Below are positions 24,449 through 36,567 of a stretch of DNA of 64,000 nucleotides, piece by piece; positions within the stretch are counted from its first letter, which is position 1; every line of letters begins with the position of its first letter. Position numbers and translations under genes: made by a program. The DNA is taken from contig JBNJNM010000021.1 in assembly GCA_052426225.1 (NCBI GenBank), forward strand, positions 1,860,001 to 1,924,000. The letters are read 5' to 3'. The notes beneath the pieces are model-generated. The model saw only the letters and a list, made by a program, of their open reading frames with translations. It was not told where the DNA came from and made no database searches. This DNA comes from Zancudomyces culisetae HAW-14-8. Lineage: Eukaryota > Fungi > Kickxellomycota.

Positions 24449-25900
24449 TTAAAGAGTATATTGAAAGTATGTGTGTTTTTTGCAGAAACAGTGCGATCCA
24501 CACTCCACTTCGTGTGAAGTACCATCAATGTTTTGTTCATTTTGTTGATTTTCTTTTTTGAAGTATGAACTCATACATAATATCATAACGATAGCCGCAA
24601 CATTAGCCGAGATAATCATTATAAACCCCAAGAGAAAGTTTGGATAGTGTTTAGTGGTGAACATGTATGGAATAAGGGTACCTCCTAGATTGCCAAAACC
24701 AATGGTGACTGGGCTAACCACCAAGCGTTTTTTAATACTATCTTGGTTTACCGACATCCATGAGATAGCTATCGGTAGGCAGGAGTATGAACCTAACCCC
24801 AACATTATATAGAATACGAGCTTACATGTTTTATCCTCTGTGACAAGAATTAGAACCAGAAATATAGTCGTAGTCATGGTTAGTGCCACCAACTTGGTAA
24901 AGTAAGAACTCTTTTTTATCAAAGTACACTCGAAAATGCTTGTCTCTACAAGTAACATGATATACATAGAAAGAAACCCAACAGCACACGGGGATGCAGA
25001 CAAAAGTGTTGCCTTTAACGGGTCATGCCCAAATCCTTTGATTAAAGTTGGTCCATATACACTAATCAAAGTAATGTTGCTGATTGCAGCAAGATTTATA
25101 AATCCAAAAGCTACGGTTTCCCCGTTAACAATATATCGTACGACTTGTGAAAAACTTGTTTTTACTTTCATGGCATGAGGCCGCTCATTCTGAAGCTTGT
25201 CGGTAATAGCAGCTCTTTCTGTGTCGTTTAAAAAAGTGCAAGTCTCAGGAAAGTTTTGAAAGAAAAAGTATAATAAAATTGCGAGAGCCAGAAAGATCAG
25301 TCCCTCGACAAGAAATATTGTTTGGTGCGTCTCTGGTCGAAAATTTAGTAAGGAGATAGCAGCAGCAAGTGGACCTCCAATAATTCCAGAGAATGGAATA
25401 GCCATAAATGACACAAGAATTCTGGATCGAACTTCCTCCCGTGTATACCACATAGATAGATATACAATCAGACCAGGTGCGAATCCGGCCTCGGCGGCAC
25501 CCAACGCTATCCTGCAGATTGCAAGCAGACCAAAATTATTTACGAACGCCTGCAGGATACATATCAGAGACCAGAGGATCGCCATCCCACAGAAATAGCT
25601 TTTTGGTTTTGATACTTTTAAAAGCATGACCGATGGTAGTTCCATTAGGATATATGTCAACATAAAGAGGGTATAAGTGAGTGACTCTTCTGTGGGATTT
25701 AATTTCAAATGTTCAATCAAACCATGAACCAATGCTATTCCTATGTTTGTTCTGTCGAGTAGTGCAGTTATGTAGAGTGTGAACATAGTCGGGAGTATTC
25801 TCCAATCAATTTTTTGTACCAACTTTAAACTACTACATTCAACATCCCCCAAGGATGTCGGAGTGGTATTGGGATCTGTAGTGTTAGCTTGAGCTTCCAT
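24449..25900 (-). CDS. MFS transporter, anion:cation symporter (Dal5/Tna1-like) family
   Basis: KIDWRILP, LDRTNIG, ELPS, RIALGAAEAGFAPG, YLSMWYTREE, IFLVEG, PETCTFLNDTER; about 12 hydrophobic segments. Confidence 0.88.
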   Translation of the reverse strand: MEAQANTTDPNTTPTSLGDVECSSLKLVQKIDWRILPTMFTLYITALLDRTNIGIALVHGLIEHLKLNPTEESLTYTLFMLTYILMELPSVMLLKVSKPKSYFCGMAILWSLICILQAFVNNFGLLAICRIALGAAEAGFAPGLIVYLSMWYTREEVRSRILVSFMAIPFSGIIGGPLAAAISLLNFRPETHQTIFLVEGLIFLALAILLYFFFQNFPETCTFLNDTERAAITDKLQNERPHAMKVKTSFSQVVRYIVNGETVAFGFINLAAISNITLISVYGPTLIKGFGHDPLKATLLSASPCAVGFLSMYIMLLVETSIFECTLIKKSSYFTKLVALTMTTTIFLVLILVTEDKTCKLVFYIMLGLGSYSCLPIAISWMSVNQDSIKKRLVVSPVTIGFGNLGGTLIPYMFTTKHYPNFLLGFIMIISANVAAIVMILCMSSYFKKENQQNEQNIDGTSHEVECGSHCFCKKHTYFQYTL

Positions 25901-27443
25901 TGTATTTAATTTTTAGAGATAGAAGTTTTCTTCAGTTAAGAGCCAAGCAACGTACAAAAAAAATCTTTATGTATATATGTTTTTTTGACGGAGCTGGCTC
26001 GACGTTATTAGGATGTTATGTACTTGAAAGTTAGTAATGTAAACGTTTGAGAATACCAAAAGGTGATGTCAAAACTGGTTGGATTATTTTGCTACTATTA
26101 GAAGCGTACCTATCAGCTGCTTTTATAAAAAAAAAAGAAAAGAGGAGTAGTGAATCGTCAGGTAGACTTTAAGCATCTAACACTATGATAACTGTGCATG
26201 TTGCTAATTTTTAAGAAATATAATTCAATGCTTTTGCAAAATGCGAGTCTTGATTCTTATGGGAAAAGAGACCCCTTTTACCTATATAGGACCGATATTC
26301 TTTTTGAAAATCATCTGCGATACAGGTTTCTAACGTACATAGTGTATATCTATTGTAATATAATGGAGCACCAACGAAAAAAAGATATCAAAGTGAGAAG
26401 AACAGAGAGGTGGAGGTTGGGTGATGATCTATTCTGGAAATAAATGAATGTCAGTCGGTGAGTGTGAACGTATAGTCGTTGAATTAACCTGTTTTTATAT
26501 AGATATTTTTCAGTGGCACTATTGGTAGAGGGAGTTGCGTTCTTCTTTCCAAGGAAACTCTGCTTTTTCCTTTTTTCCAAAATAAGAACCCACAATTTAG
26601 TTCAGGGAGTGTCTATGGGGGGGGGGGGGGGAAAGGGTTCATTGCAGTTTTTTCTTAGGTTTTCTTATTTAAGTTTTTACAATAATGACAAAAAATAACA
26701 GTAAAATAATGAAAACAGAGTGATTCTTGAACACGCATCCTGCTACAAAGCCACGCGCAACTAGGATGACAGAGAAGCCAGTTTATTACAGATGCAAAAA
26801 TTATCCGCATCCATGCCCACCCAAAAAAACATGCTGGCGTCATAATAATGCGTATGTTATCTCTAGAAACAAGTAATCCCAGCTCTGTGTACCAAGACCA
26901 GTTTGTTAGCCTTTGCTTAAAAAATATGGTACTAAAAAATAATTTTTTTTTAAATAAGAAGGAATGTATACCACACACCTCCATGAAAACAAAATACAGC
27001 TAACGATAAAAGTAAAAGCAACGAGAATGATTCTCGATACCTGATCCTTGGTGTAAATCCAACATAAAACTGGTACTTATGGTTTTACTATAAGTCAGGA
27101 CAGGGGTCTACTTGTCAAAAACCACAAAGGCGCTTAATTTTGGTGGAAACATCAAGCTTTGTTCAATTGGTAATTGCTGCGGAGTCGATCTATTGGCGTG
27201 CTGAGGAAAGAAACAAAGCAAATCAATGTAATTTCGACAGGACAATTCGATTTGCTCCAATAAGCTCCGCAAATAAAACGCGATGTATTTAGGTGTAATA
27301 AAGTGATATATAAAGGTGAAAAAATAAAGAGAAAGTTGCAACATAAACTAACAGGCTTCCTTAACATCTAGTATATTCACTCAAGAGGTTAGAGCACCAC
27401 TTAAAGATTTCAAAAGGGGAAAAAATAATAAATTAGAGCAAAA

Positions 27444-30400
27444 ATGCAAGACCAGGTAGCAAAATGCTTGAAAGAATTTTCAAACGAGGACAGAGACTTT
27501 AGGTATATGGCATTGGTGGATTTGGAAAAGATAATTGTACAGAGTGAAACAGAAACAAATGCAAAGCTTGTTTTGGATAAACATGAGGAAGTTGGCGCCG
27601 AGCTTATTAAATTGCTCAAGGACCCGTTGGCAGAGATTCAAACTGAGGCAATAAACTGGTAAGTAAAAGGGTCATGGTAATAAACTAGGTTACTTGAAAT
27701 TTAGGTTTTTTAATAAAGGGAATGTCCTTATTTTCAATTAAAGAGCGAGTAAGTAGATAAAATGATACATAAATAGCATAGGAACCTACTCGAAGAGTGT
27801 GAGGATCGAGGGGTTGGAGCAAATTATAAGTGAATTACTTGAGTTGATAAAAAATACGAATAAAAAAGAAGGTGGTGAGCTAAGGGTGGTATATAGCACT
27901 GCAGTAAAGAGGATAATAACAGATAACATTAACGAATCAGTGAGGATCGAAAGAATACAAAAAATAGCAGTTGGTGCGGTAACAAAGCAATTGGGAGATA
28001 AAGGGACAATAGGAGAAGAGGATAGTGAATTGGTGGAGGTTTTAGAGGCGGTGTTAAAGAGTACAAAGAAACATTTTGAGGGGCTTGCGGGAGTAGATGA
28101 GATAGGATTCAGGGTAGTGGAAAGTAGTGGACAAGGTGGGGTATATCGGGCAGCAAATGGAGTTGTGGCACATTATAGCCGCGTGACAGGAGCAAAGGAG
28201 GCCCAAAAGATAGTGGAAAGAATTTTACACGAGCTTGAAAATAAGGATAAGCAGATGAAGTATATGCATCTGTTGTTTATGGTGATTCAAGAGGCGAAGG
28301 GAATTGATAATGAAGAGGTATTGGAAGCGATACTTAAAATACTGCAAGACGAAGAGCAAGTTGAAGGGTGGGAAAGTGCAATGCTTATAATTGAGCAGAT
28401 ACTGGTAGATGGTGTGAAAATGAACAATATGGACTTGATTGGAAGGGTAGTCGAGATATGTAGGGATAAAATTAAGTACGATCCAAACTACATTGATGAT
28501 GATATGGATGAGGATGAAGAGTATATAGAAGAGGACGACGAATACGCTGAAGAGTATGTAGATGAAGATGATGATGGTTGGAGATACAGAAAAGCAGCAG
28601 CAAAAGTGATTAAAGAGGTGGGGAAGGTTTATCAAAAAGAGTATGCGAGAGAAGCACTGTGTATATTGAAAAGTCGGCTTAATGACAGAGAAGAAGTTGT
28701 GAAAAGAGAAATATTAGGCGGTGTCAGTTCTATCTTTTTGAGTATTGGTGAAACACACGGTGTGCAACTACCAAAAGAGGATGTATATGAGATACTAACA
28801 AGGATAGAATCTGAAAGGAACAAGAAGGGAAAAAGCGAGGAGCTGATAAAGGCAGAGTTAAACTGCTACTTGGCAACAATTGAAGTGGTGAAAAACTCAG
28901 TAGGAGATTTTGGTAAGGAGGTGGATGCAAAGATTCTGGAAAAGGTAGTAGGAGAAAATAAGGAGTATTTTGGGAATGAGATTGAGGTTTTCAAAGTTAT
29001 CCAAGGGGTATATAGTGCATGTGGAAAAATGGACAGTATAAATAATGAAATGGCTGCGGTGACGCTGAAGGAATTGAGCGAAAAAATGGAGAATGGAGAA
29101 AGAAGCGTGATAATTGAGGCGATACAGACGGCAACAGTAGTGCTGAACAAGTGTGAAGTGCAAAGAAACAAAGAGGTTATTGGCGAACTCATACTGGATA
29201 AAGCAGAAAAGATGCGGGCAAGTGGGAGAAATGATCCAGAGCTGGCTAAAAAATATATGGCAATGATGCTTGGCCTTGTTGAAAATGAAAAATACGGAGT
29301 TTGTCCAGTGCGTGCTGATGAGCTCATCAGTTTATTTACAGAGCTACTGGGAATTGCATCGGTTCAGGCATATGTGTTAGAAAAGACGAGTTTGTTGGTT
29401 GCTAAGCTCTGTCCATTTATTAGCATGGAAGCCATAAAACCATTGATTGAGCAGCTGATGGTGGTTTATGACGGTAATAACAACGAAAGATGTGGGACAA
29501 TTATAGATATACTTGTTTCACTATACAGTCAATCGAAATACAAGGATGCATTGGGTGCAGAGGTGGATTTAATATATAATCGGCTGGGTGTGGTGGAAAA
29601 ATTGATGGGCCTGTCAACAAGTGAAATACCAATGATTTCCAGTGTGTTGCAATTGTTTATAAATACGATTCCATACCTGTCAGCAAAAGATGAGGTGTGT
29701 GAAAACGTAGAGTTCTTGAGTTCCTTGGTAGTTGAGCTCCGTATTTTTAGGGATGCAAAGCTAAGATCGTTGGGGTTGAAGCTGGTATCTGTTTTGAGTT
29801 TATACAACCAGCACATATCCGAAGTGCTAGTCAAGTTGAGCACTGAAAATACTCACCAGCACGATGTGTTACTATTTGTGGCAGAGTGTTATTGCTGCTC
29901 CATATCAAGAGTGCTAAACTCAACCGTGGCTTATGATAGTGTCAACCAGGCGTTGTTGGGGATGTTTAACGACGATAACACTCTGGAATTTGCATGTTAT
30001 GCTACAGGAAGCTTCAACGATTCGGGTTTTCTATCTGATTCGATAGTTGAAAAGCTATTTTCACAGCTAAAAAGTCAAGAGTGTTCATTGGACGCTGTGT
30101 ATTTTGCAATTGGAAAAGTAGCTGTTACCAATCAGCTCGCCAGAGGAAAGCTGTTTGAGGCGTTATCATCACAGCTAAGTCTGCAGCTTTTACATACAAG
30201 CTCCGAGTTGAACCATCTTCTTGGATGCTTGATAGTAATGTCAAAACACACAGAGGTGGTTAGTTTTGAGAGTCCAGCAGACGTACAACAGGAGATTCAT
30301 GACATAGTTCGGCGGTTGGTTTTACATTTGACACGTGCACCTGAATATCTCGCTTTTGATACTGAGAATGAAGATTTGGGTTTGTATTCTAAAATATACG

Positions 30401-31299
30401 CCAACTTGATGCTGTCAAATATCGAGCTATTCAAAAATAGCGAACTGCCACAAAACAAGCGTTTGGAATTGGTGCGTTTAATGGCAATCAAATACACAAT
30501 TACACAGTTTATCCAAGTTATATCCACCATGGATGTGAATGCAGCCAACAACAGTCATTTTGAGGTGATAAAGTCCGTTTTGGAGACACTATCTAGCATT
30601 AGCCACAGCAATATCATTGAAGATGCTGAGATGTTTTGCTCAAAGTATTACTGCCTGCAAATATTTTATTCGCTGGTATCTAGCTCAGCTGCAAAGAGTC
30701 AAAAGGGTGCGAGAGTCTCTGGAACAGGCACTCAGCTGCTGCTAGAGATGTTCAACAGTAGCGAGTTTGTATCTGGTATTAATTCCAGCTGCGAAGTGGT
30801 TTCTGAGCTTGTTAAAAAAGAAAAAGTTGGGCCTTTTGTTCATACCACTGATATGGGCAAGAGTCTGCGCAAACTAGCATTTGATATAGTTTCTGTACTC
30901 TATGAACATGACCACAGCAAGTATCTAAATACAGTGGTAAAGTTGGGACTGATGGATACTTTTGTTCCAATAGTTGTAACAAGTCTTGGGATGATGATAA
31001 CTGAGAAATTGATTGCTGATGAAATTACACACTGTTTTGATTTGTTGATCGCAGGTATCAGCCATATCAAGTCAGCTTGGGGCTCTGGTGTGAAGGCAGG
31101 GACAGATGGTGGTAGTGGGGGCAAAAAGACCACATCTTCGGGGTCAGCAGGTCTTAACGAGCAAAAATCGGCGAACGAAGATAAGGCTGTTGTGGTTGAA
31201 AGGTGTGATTGTCTGGTTGAAAGCCTTAAGGTGACTCTTCAAAATGCGGGGGGTGAGAGTAAATATGAGGAGTGTTTGGCTAAACTTGCAGATTTATAA
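27444..31299 (+). CDS. CAND1: Cullin-associated NEDD8-dissociated protein 1 (HEAT repeats; 2 exons, ~1245 aa)
   Basis: Exons 27444-27658 and 27777-31299. DRDFRYMALVDL, EIQTEAINC, KYDPNY-acidic-DDDGWRYRKAAAK, RLNDREEVVK and C-terminal TIP120 motif VGPFVHTTDMGKSLRKLAF. Confidence 0.93.
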
Positions 31300-31428
31300 A
31301 AAGAAACGAAAAAGGAAAAAATGCAAAAAAGGATTGGGAGGTGGTGGATGGTGGATGGTGGGGTGGATGAGATGAGATGGTCAAAGATTTCACTTGATTT
31401 ACAAAATGATTTTTCCCAATTCAGCTAA

Positions 31429-31431
<3 letters not shown>

Positions 31432-31467
<36 letters not shown>
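31432..31467 (+). repeat. (TTA)12 microsatellite
   Basis: Direct reading. Confidence 0.85.
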
Positions 31468-31468
<1 letters not shown>

Positions 31469-31671
31469 GTTTATTATAATCAATGTTATTGGCCAAAAAA
31501 TACGTTAAAAAGAGCATAGTCAAAATAATGGGATTTGAAAAATAAAAATCAGGTATAAAAGAGGGGATAAAAGGAGGAAGGGTGGAGTGGAGTGAAGTGG
31601 AGATTTAAAGTTTAGTAAATATAGCCAGAAAGACATTTAATTACAATATATAAACAAGATTACAAAGTAAA

Positions 31672-34017
31672 ATGAGAATACTTTATAAAAAAGCGGGCTT
31701 TTACCTGTCGCTGATGGCCCCAGGGCTGCTACAATCAGTAGTGGGAGGGGAAGAAGCAGGAAACACAGGGGTGAGGGAATTCAAGCAAGGAGACGATTTC
31801 AAAAAGATGGTGGGGGATAGTGGGGGAGTAGTGGTCAGATTCTTTCAAAGCGGTGAGGGGGTAGTGGAGGCTGAGCAAAACAATTGGAAGAAGCTTGAGG
31901 AAGAGTGGGTGCACAAAGTGTGGGACAAGCGAGTATATGGGATGCAGTTTGTGCAGGTAGACTGTACAATGCACAGCAAGGTGTGTGAAATAGAGGTGAG
32001 GGATGAAGAAAAGAAAGCGATGCGAGAGTTGCCAATCGTTCAGGTATATGTTAAGGGAAACAAACACGCGAGTATTGCAACTAAAAGTATTGGGTACGGG
32101 GAGCTGGATGCGGAGTTGAAAAAGGCAGCGGTGTTTAAAAACAAAGAGGCAGATTACGACCGTATAATTACCAGTAAAGCAGAGTTTGATCAACTTGTGT
32201 TGGGATCAAACGGCAAAAAGGATGGAGATGCGGTGAATGAAATGTGGTTGGTGAATTTCTATTCGCCGACATGCAGGTATTCGAAGATTCTTTTGCCGGA
32301 ATGGAAGAAGCTTGAGGATAACAAGGGAAAAGAGATGCGAGAAAAGTTGGGGATTAGGATGGCAAAAGTGAATTGTTTGTCGGATCATGAGGGGCTGTGT
32401 GGGGAGCAAAAAGTAGATGGATATCCAACAATATTTCTGTATGTTAATGGGAATAGACAAGAGGAATGTATGGTTGGGAGCGTGTATGAGAAACTGGCGG
32501 AGTATGTAGATGAATTACCTAAGCGTTTTGCACAAAAGACCAAAGTGGAGAGGACCAAGACACAGGAAAAGGTGCAGGAACTGAGTGGAGAAACCCTGGA
32601 GGAGGAGGTGGCAAGGGACAATGTATTTGTGTTTTTTTTCGGACCAAACTGTCCATTTTGTCGAGCGATGATGAAGGCATATGACGAGGAACTGATAGGG
32701 GCAATGAGGGATACAGGAATTAAAATAGCAAAGATTAACTGCCAAGAAAACCACAGTGCGTGTGCAGCAAGGAAGATCAAGGGGTATCCAACACTGCGAT
32801 TGTTTTACAATGGGGGACAATCGGACATGCAAGGCGGAGATCGAAGTGCTGAACGGATGCGAGAGTTTATATTGGGAGAAATGTTTATGATCGGGAACAA
32901 GCTGAGTAGTGTTGAGGAGTATAATAACATCAAATTGTGGCAAAAGGAGGGAGGAGAAACCAAAAAGAAAAACATAGTATATTTTCCAGCGAAAATTAAG
33001 CCGCAGAGTGAGGAGAGTAATGAAGAGTATATCAAACGAAATAGCAAAATCAACGAAAACCTGAAAAGACTAATTGGTGAATACAAGCTGGAAGCCGAAA
33101 TGTGGAGTACACGTGACGAAGGGATGCGGAAAAAGTTAGGAATAGCAGAAGACACTGCTAATGTTGACACGATAGTGTTTGAACGAGGAGCAGGGAAAAA
33201 TCAAGTGAGCTTGCTTGCGGGAGATTTAACAGATTATGAAAAGGTGGAGAGATATTTAATAACAGGATACATCCGAGAAGCAGTGTATTTTGTGGAGGAT
33301 GAAAAGGAATATGAAAAGGAGAGTGGTCAGACGGGAGTGGGAGTGGGAGTAGAAGTTATTTTTATAACCAACAAGGCGGCAAATGGGAAATTGGATCCAA
33401 AGGTAGTTGAAAAATATACAGGATTTGAAACTGCAGCAACAATGAATCGAAATAAACAAGTCAAATACTTAGTCATTGATTTTGCGACATGGACAAAAGT
33501 CAAATCAAAATCAAAAGCAGAGACAGAGATATCGAGTGGTGATTTGCCAGCAGTAGTGATATACGACAAGAGTACCAAACGATACTATTCCAGTTCTAAT
33601 ACTTCAAAAGCCAATTTAATCGATATAAAAAATGGAGATGTGTCGGAAATAGTTGAACAGTATTTTAAAAACAAAGCTGGAGGAGAATTATCGGAGAAAT
33701 ATATTAAAAAGGTTTTGAAAGATAAAGAGAATAATAATCTTATAAAAATAGAACAAGTACATCCAATGAACGATAATGCAAATACCAATAACAATAACAA
33801 TAACAATAACAATAACGTCGACAATAATACTGGGGAAGAGAGGGAAATGCAAAGCCAAAAGGGAGTTGTTAGTAAAGTATTCGGATTTATATTTTCTAGC
33901 TATTTGAATATATTTATAGTAGCAGTATTGGCATGGATAGTCGGAGCAACAATATACAGAAGGATAGCCAATGAGCAGAAAAACAAGAAGGTTCTTCCCC
34001 TGCATAAAAACTATTGA
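31672..34017 (+). CDS. Membrane-anchored protein disulfide isomerase-family protein (EPS1/TXNDC5-like)
   Basis: Signal peptide. Thioredoxin folds: a degenerate first domain, WLVNFYSPTCRYS...AKVNC...VDGYPT, and FFGPNCPFC...KINC...IKGYPT. C-terminal TM helix with short basic tail. Confidence 0.8.
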   Translation: MRILYKKAGFYLSLMAPGLLQSVVGGEEAGNTGVREFKQGDDFKKMVGDSGGVVVRFFQSGEGVVEAEQNNWKKLEEEWVHKVWDKRVYGMQFVQVDCTMHSKVCEIEVRDEEKKAMRELPIVQVYVKGNKHASIATKSIGYGELDAELKKAAVFKNKEADYDRIITSKAEFDQLVLGSNGKKDGDAVNEMWLVNFYSPTCRYSKILLPEWKKLEDNKGKEMREKLGIRMAKVNCLSDHEGLCGEQKVDGYPTIFLYVNGNRQEECMVGSVYEKLAEYVDELPKRFAQKTKVERTKTQEKVQELSGETLEEEVARDNVFVFFFGPNCPFCRAMMKAYDEELIGAMRDTGIKIAKINCQENHSACAARKIKGYPTLRLFYNGGQSDMQGGDRSAERMREFILGEMFMIGNKLSSVEEYNNIKLWQKEGGETKKKNIVYFPAKIKPQSEESNEEYIKRNSKINENLKRLIGEYKLEAEMWSTRDEGMRKKLGIAEDTANVDTIVFERGAGKNQVSLLAGDLTDYEKVERYLITGYIREAVYFVEDEKEYEKESGQTGVGVGVEVIFITNKAANGKLDPKVVEKYTGFETAATMNRNKQVKYLVIDFATWTKVKSKSKAETEISSGDLPAVVIYDKSTKRYYSSSNTSKANLIDIKNGDVSEIVEQYFKNKAGGELSEKYIKKVLKDKENNNLIKIEQVHPMNDNANTNNNNNNNNNNVDNNTGEEREMQSQKGVVSKVFGFIFSSYLNIFIVAVLAWIVGATIYRRIANEQKNKKVLPLHKNY

Positions 34018-34050
34018 TTTCAGGCGTCAAAAAAAAAAAATAAAAAAAAA

Positions 34051-35693
34051 CTAAAAGGAAGATTTGGGGCGACGAGATTGGAGATAACTAAGAGCCAAAT
34101 ACCACGAGTCGTGGTCTTCGGCATTTGAGGCTTTGATTTTGACTTGGTTTTTGGAGTCGGAAATAATCAGGCTGTACGAACACAAGTCGAGGTATTTGGA
34201 AGTTTGGTAGTCGGCAACTACGCGTACTGAATCTATATACATTGTTTTGATGCCTTTTTGGGACTCGTTCATTGGCTGTTTAGCCCAGCTCAGGGTTTTG
34301 GAATACGGGTGTACTGTAAAGTAATACATGTTATTCTCATTGTTACCGTTGCTGCTGCTGCTGCTAGAGTTTGTAGAGAATTTGTACATGTATGTTCCCA
34401 TCATTACTTTTGATAGTACATTAACTATTTTTGGATCAATTACTTTTTGTTTTGAATCATTATTATCATTATTATTATTGTTGTAATTGTTGATGTGGGC
34501 ATTATTTTTTTTGGCTAAAAGTGAAGTTGAATATGATGTTTTGACTAGTGATTTTAGTAATGTAGCATGTTGGCTATTACTAATTCTACTAAATCGATTT
34601 CCCATTTGTTTTTCTGCTGTCTTTATATTTATATCGACTTTGTCTATTACACTATTACTACTATAACTACTATTACTACTACTTTTAATGTTAATTGATG
34701 GTATAGAAACTGGTCTACTAGCATTATTATTATTATTATTAGTAGTAGTAATTTTGGCGGTAGTATTGGTCTGTGGTACATTAAAATCTCGTTTATACTT
34801 GTTGATTTCTCGCTCAATAACTTTTTTGGTTGGAACAAATTCATAACTTGTATTATCCAACATTAACAGCTGTTTACTTTTGGCTGCATACTTTGTTTTA
34901 AATTTATTTACATTAACATTTGCTTTTGCTTTTGCATTTGTATTTGCATTTTGTCCAACCATTACTATTGCTATGTCGGAATCTGTTGCTGTTTGAATTG
35001 TCATTATACTACTATCCTTATCTCCACTATTTTCTACTTCTACTTCTATTTCTTCTTTTTGATTTTGATCTTGATTTTGATCTTCAGTTTGGGTTTGTTT
35101 TTCACTATATTCTACTACTCTTTTCATTCTCATCATTCCTCCCTTTTGCCTCATACTATTACCCGTTCTTTTAAGTACCTTGCTGTGTTGAAAAATTGCC
35201 TTTTTCATTTCAATTTCTAAATTGGTATATTCTTCCCCTTCTTCAATACTTTTATTTACGCGTTGATAAATTCCACCTTCACTGTCTAAACTATTATTAT
35301 TATTGATATTATCATTTTCGTTCTCATTATCATTATCATCATCGTTTTTATTGTTATTGTTAGTGTCTTCAAGCATAGAAATTGCCAATTGTTTTGATAG
35401 CATTTTTTCTACATCTTGCTCTTCATCTTGCCATTCATCCACACCATCTACACCATCTTCGTCTAAACTTTTTTGAACTACGTTGCTACAAAGACTGCTT
35501 TCTCCCGTAATACTCCTCAACCGCATTCCTCGTCTTGGACTGTTTATCGTGTTTTTCCTACGTCTTGGTTTTTCCTTACAAACATTTGCCCCATTCATCA
35601 TTTGGTTGATTCTATAGGAATTTCCCCGTCGTAACTGTACTAATCTCTTTTGATAATTTTTAATATCTTGTTCATCCTGCAATTCTTGTTCAA

Positions 35694-35724
<31 letters not shown>

Positions 35725-36567
35725 GGTTATGTCTAGTACTGAATCCATTCTCTCCATCCCTGTAGCACCAGTCACACCATTATCATTACCATTATTATTA
35801 TTATAAACACCAACTATTTGTTTATTCGTATTGTTTATCGCGCTACTATTCTGTAGCTCTGCCAATTTGTTTTCCAAACTACACAATTCATCCTCAACCA
35901 CTTTTTTTTCCTTTCCCAGCCTTTGAACTTGTGCCTTCAGTCTTTTGACTTGTAGTTCCAGTACTTCGTTTGCTTTTTGTTTTTCTGCCATTTGTTGTAT
36001 TAAATAGTTCTTCTCTGCTTGTCCTCGCTTGGTTGCTGCCACCCGTTCTTTTCTGTGTGTCTTTTCTGCTTGTTCTAGCCTTGTCGTTAGTTCAGATACA
36101 TTCATTTGCAACGTGTAATTTTCTTCATCGAGTATCTGAACCCTATCATCACTTCGCTTTAGTTTTGACATCAGAATCTTATATTCTGGGTGTTGGTCAA
36201 TAGGAAACATATCTTTATCTGTTGATGTTGATGTCGATGTAAATGTTGTATCCATACGTTTTCTGTTGTTGTCATTACTACAATTATCACTGCTTTTGCT
36301 ACCATCGTTATTCTTGTAGCTATTGTTGTCGTGTTTTGGACCAGTGCTTATACCAGTCTTATCTTCAACATTGCTAGGCTTTGAACTCAACACGCCTGCC
36401 AATTGGTCTGCACTATAATATGCCGAATTAAAACTCGAGGCCATACTGGTGTTTGAGCATTTACTATTTGATTTGGAGTATTGGTACTGATGTTGATGTT
36501 GGTAGAATTGAGTCTCTGTTTTGTCCTTGCTCGGACCTATCCCACTACTTATTTCTTGTACTTTCAT
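34051..36567 (-). CDS. Num1/ApsA/Mcp5-like dynein cortical anchor (coiled coil + C-terminal PH domain)
   Basis: N-terminal coiled coil. C-terminal VLSKVMMGTYMYKF...YFTVHPYSKTLSW...HDSWYLALSYL matches the Num1/Mcp5 PH domain pattern. Confidence 0.75.

Noticed and set aside
26200-27400. Several 60-110 aa ORFs between the MFS gene and CAND1
   Set aside because: No recognisable motif and no consistent spliced model found.
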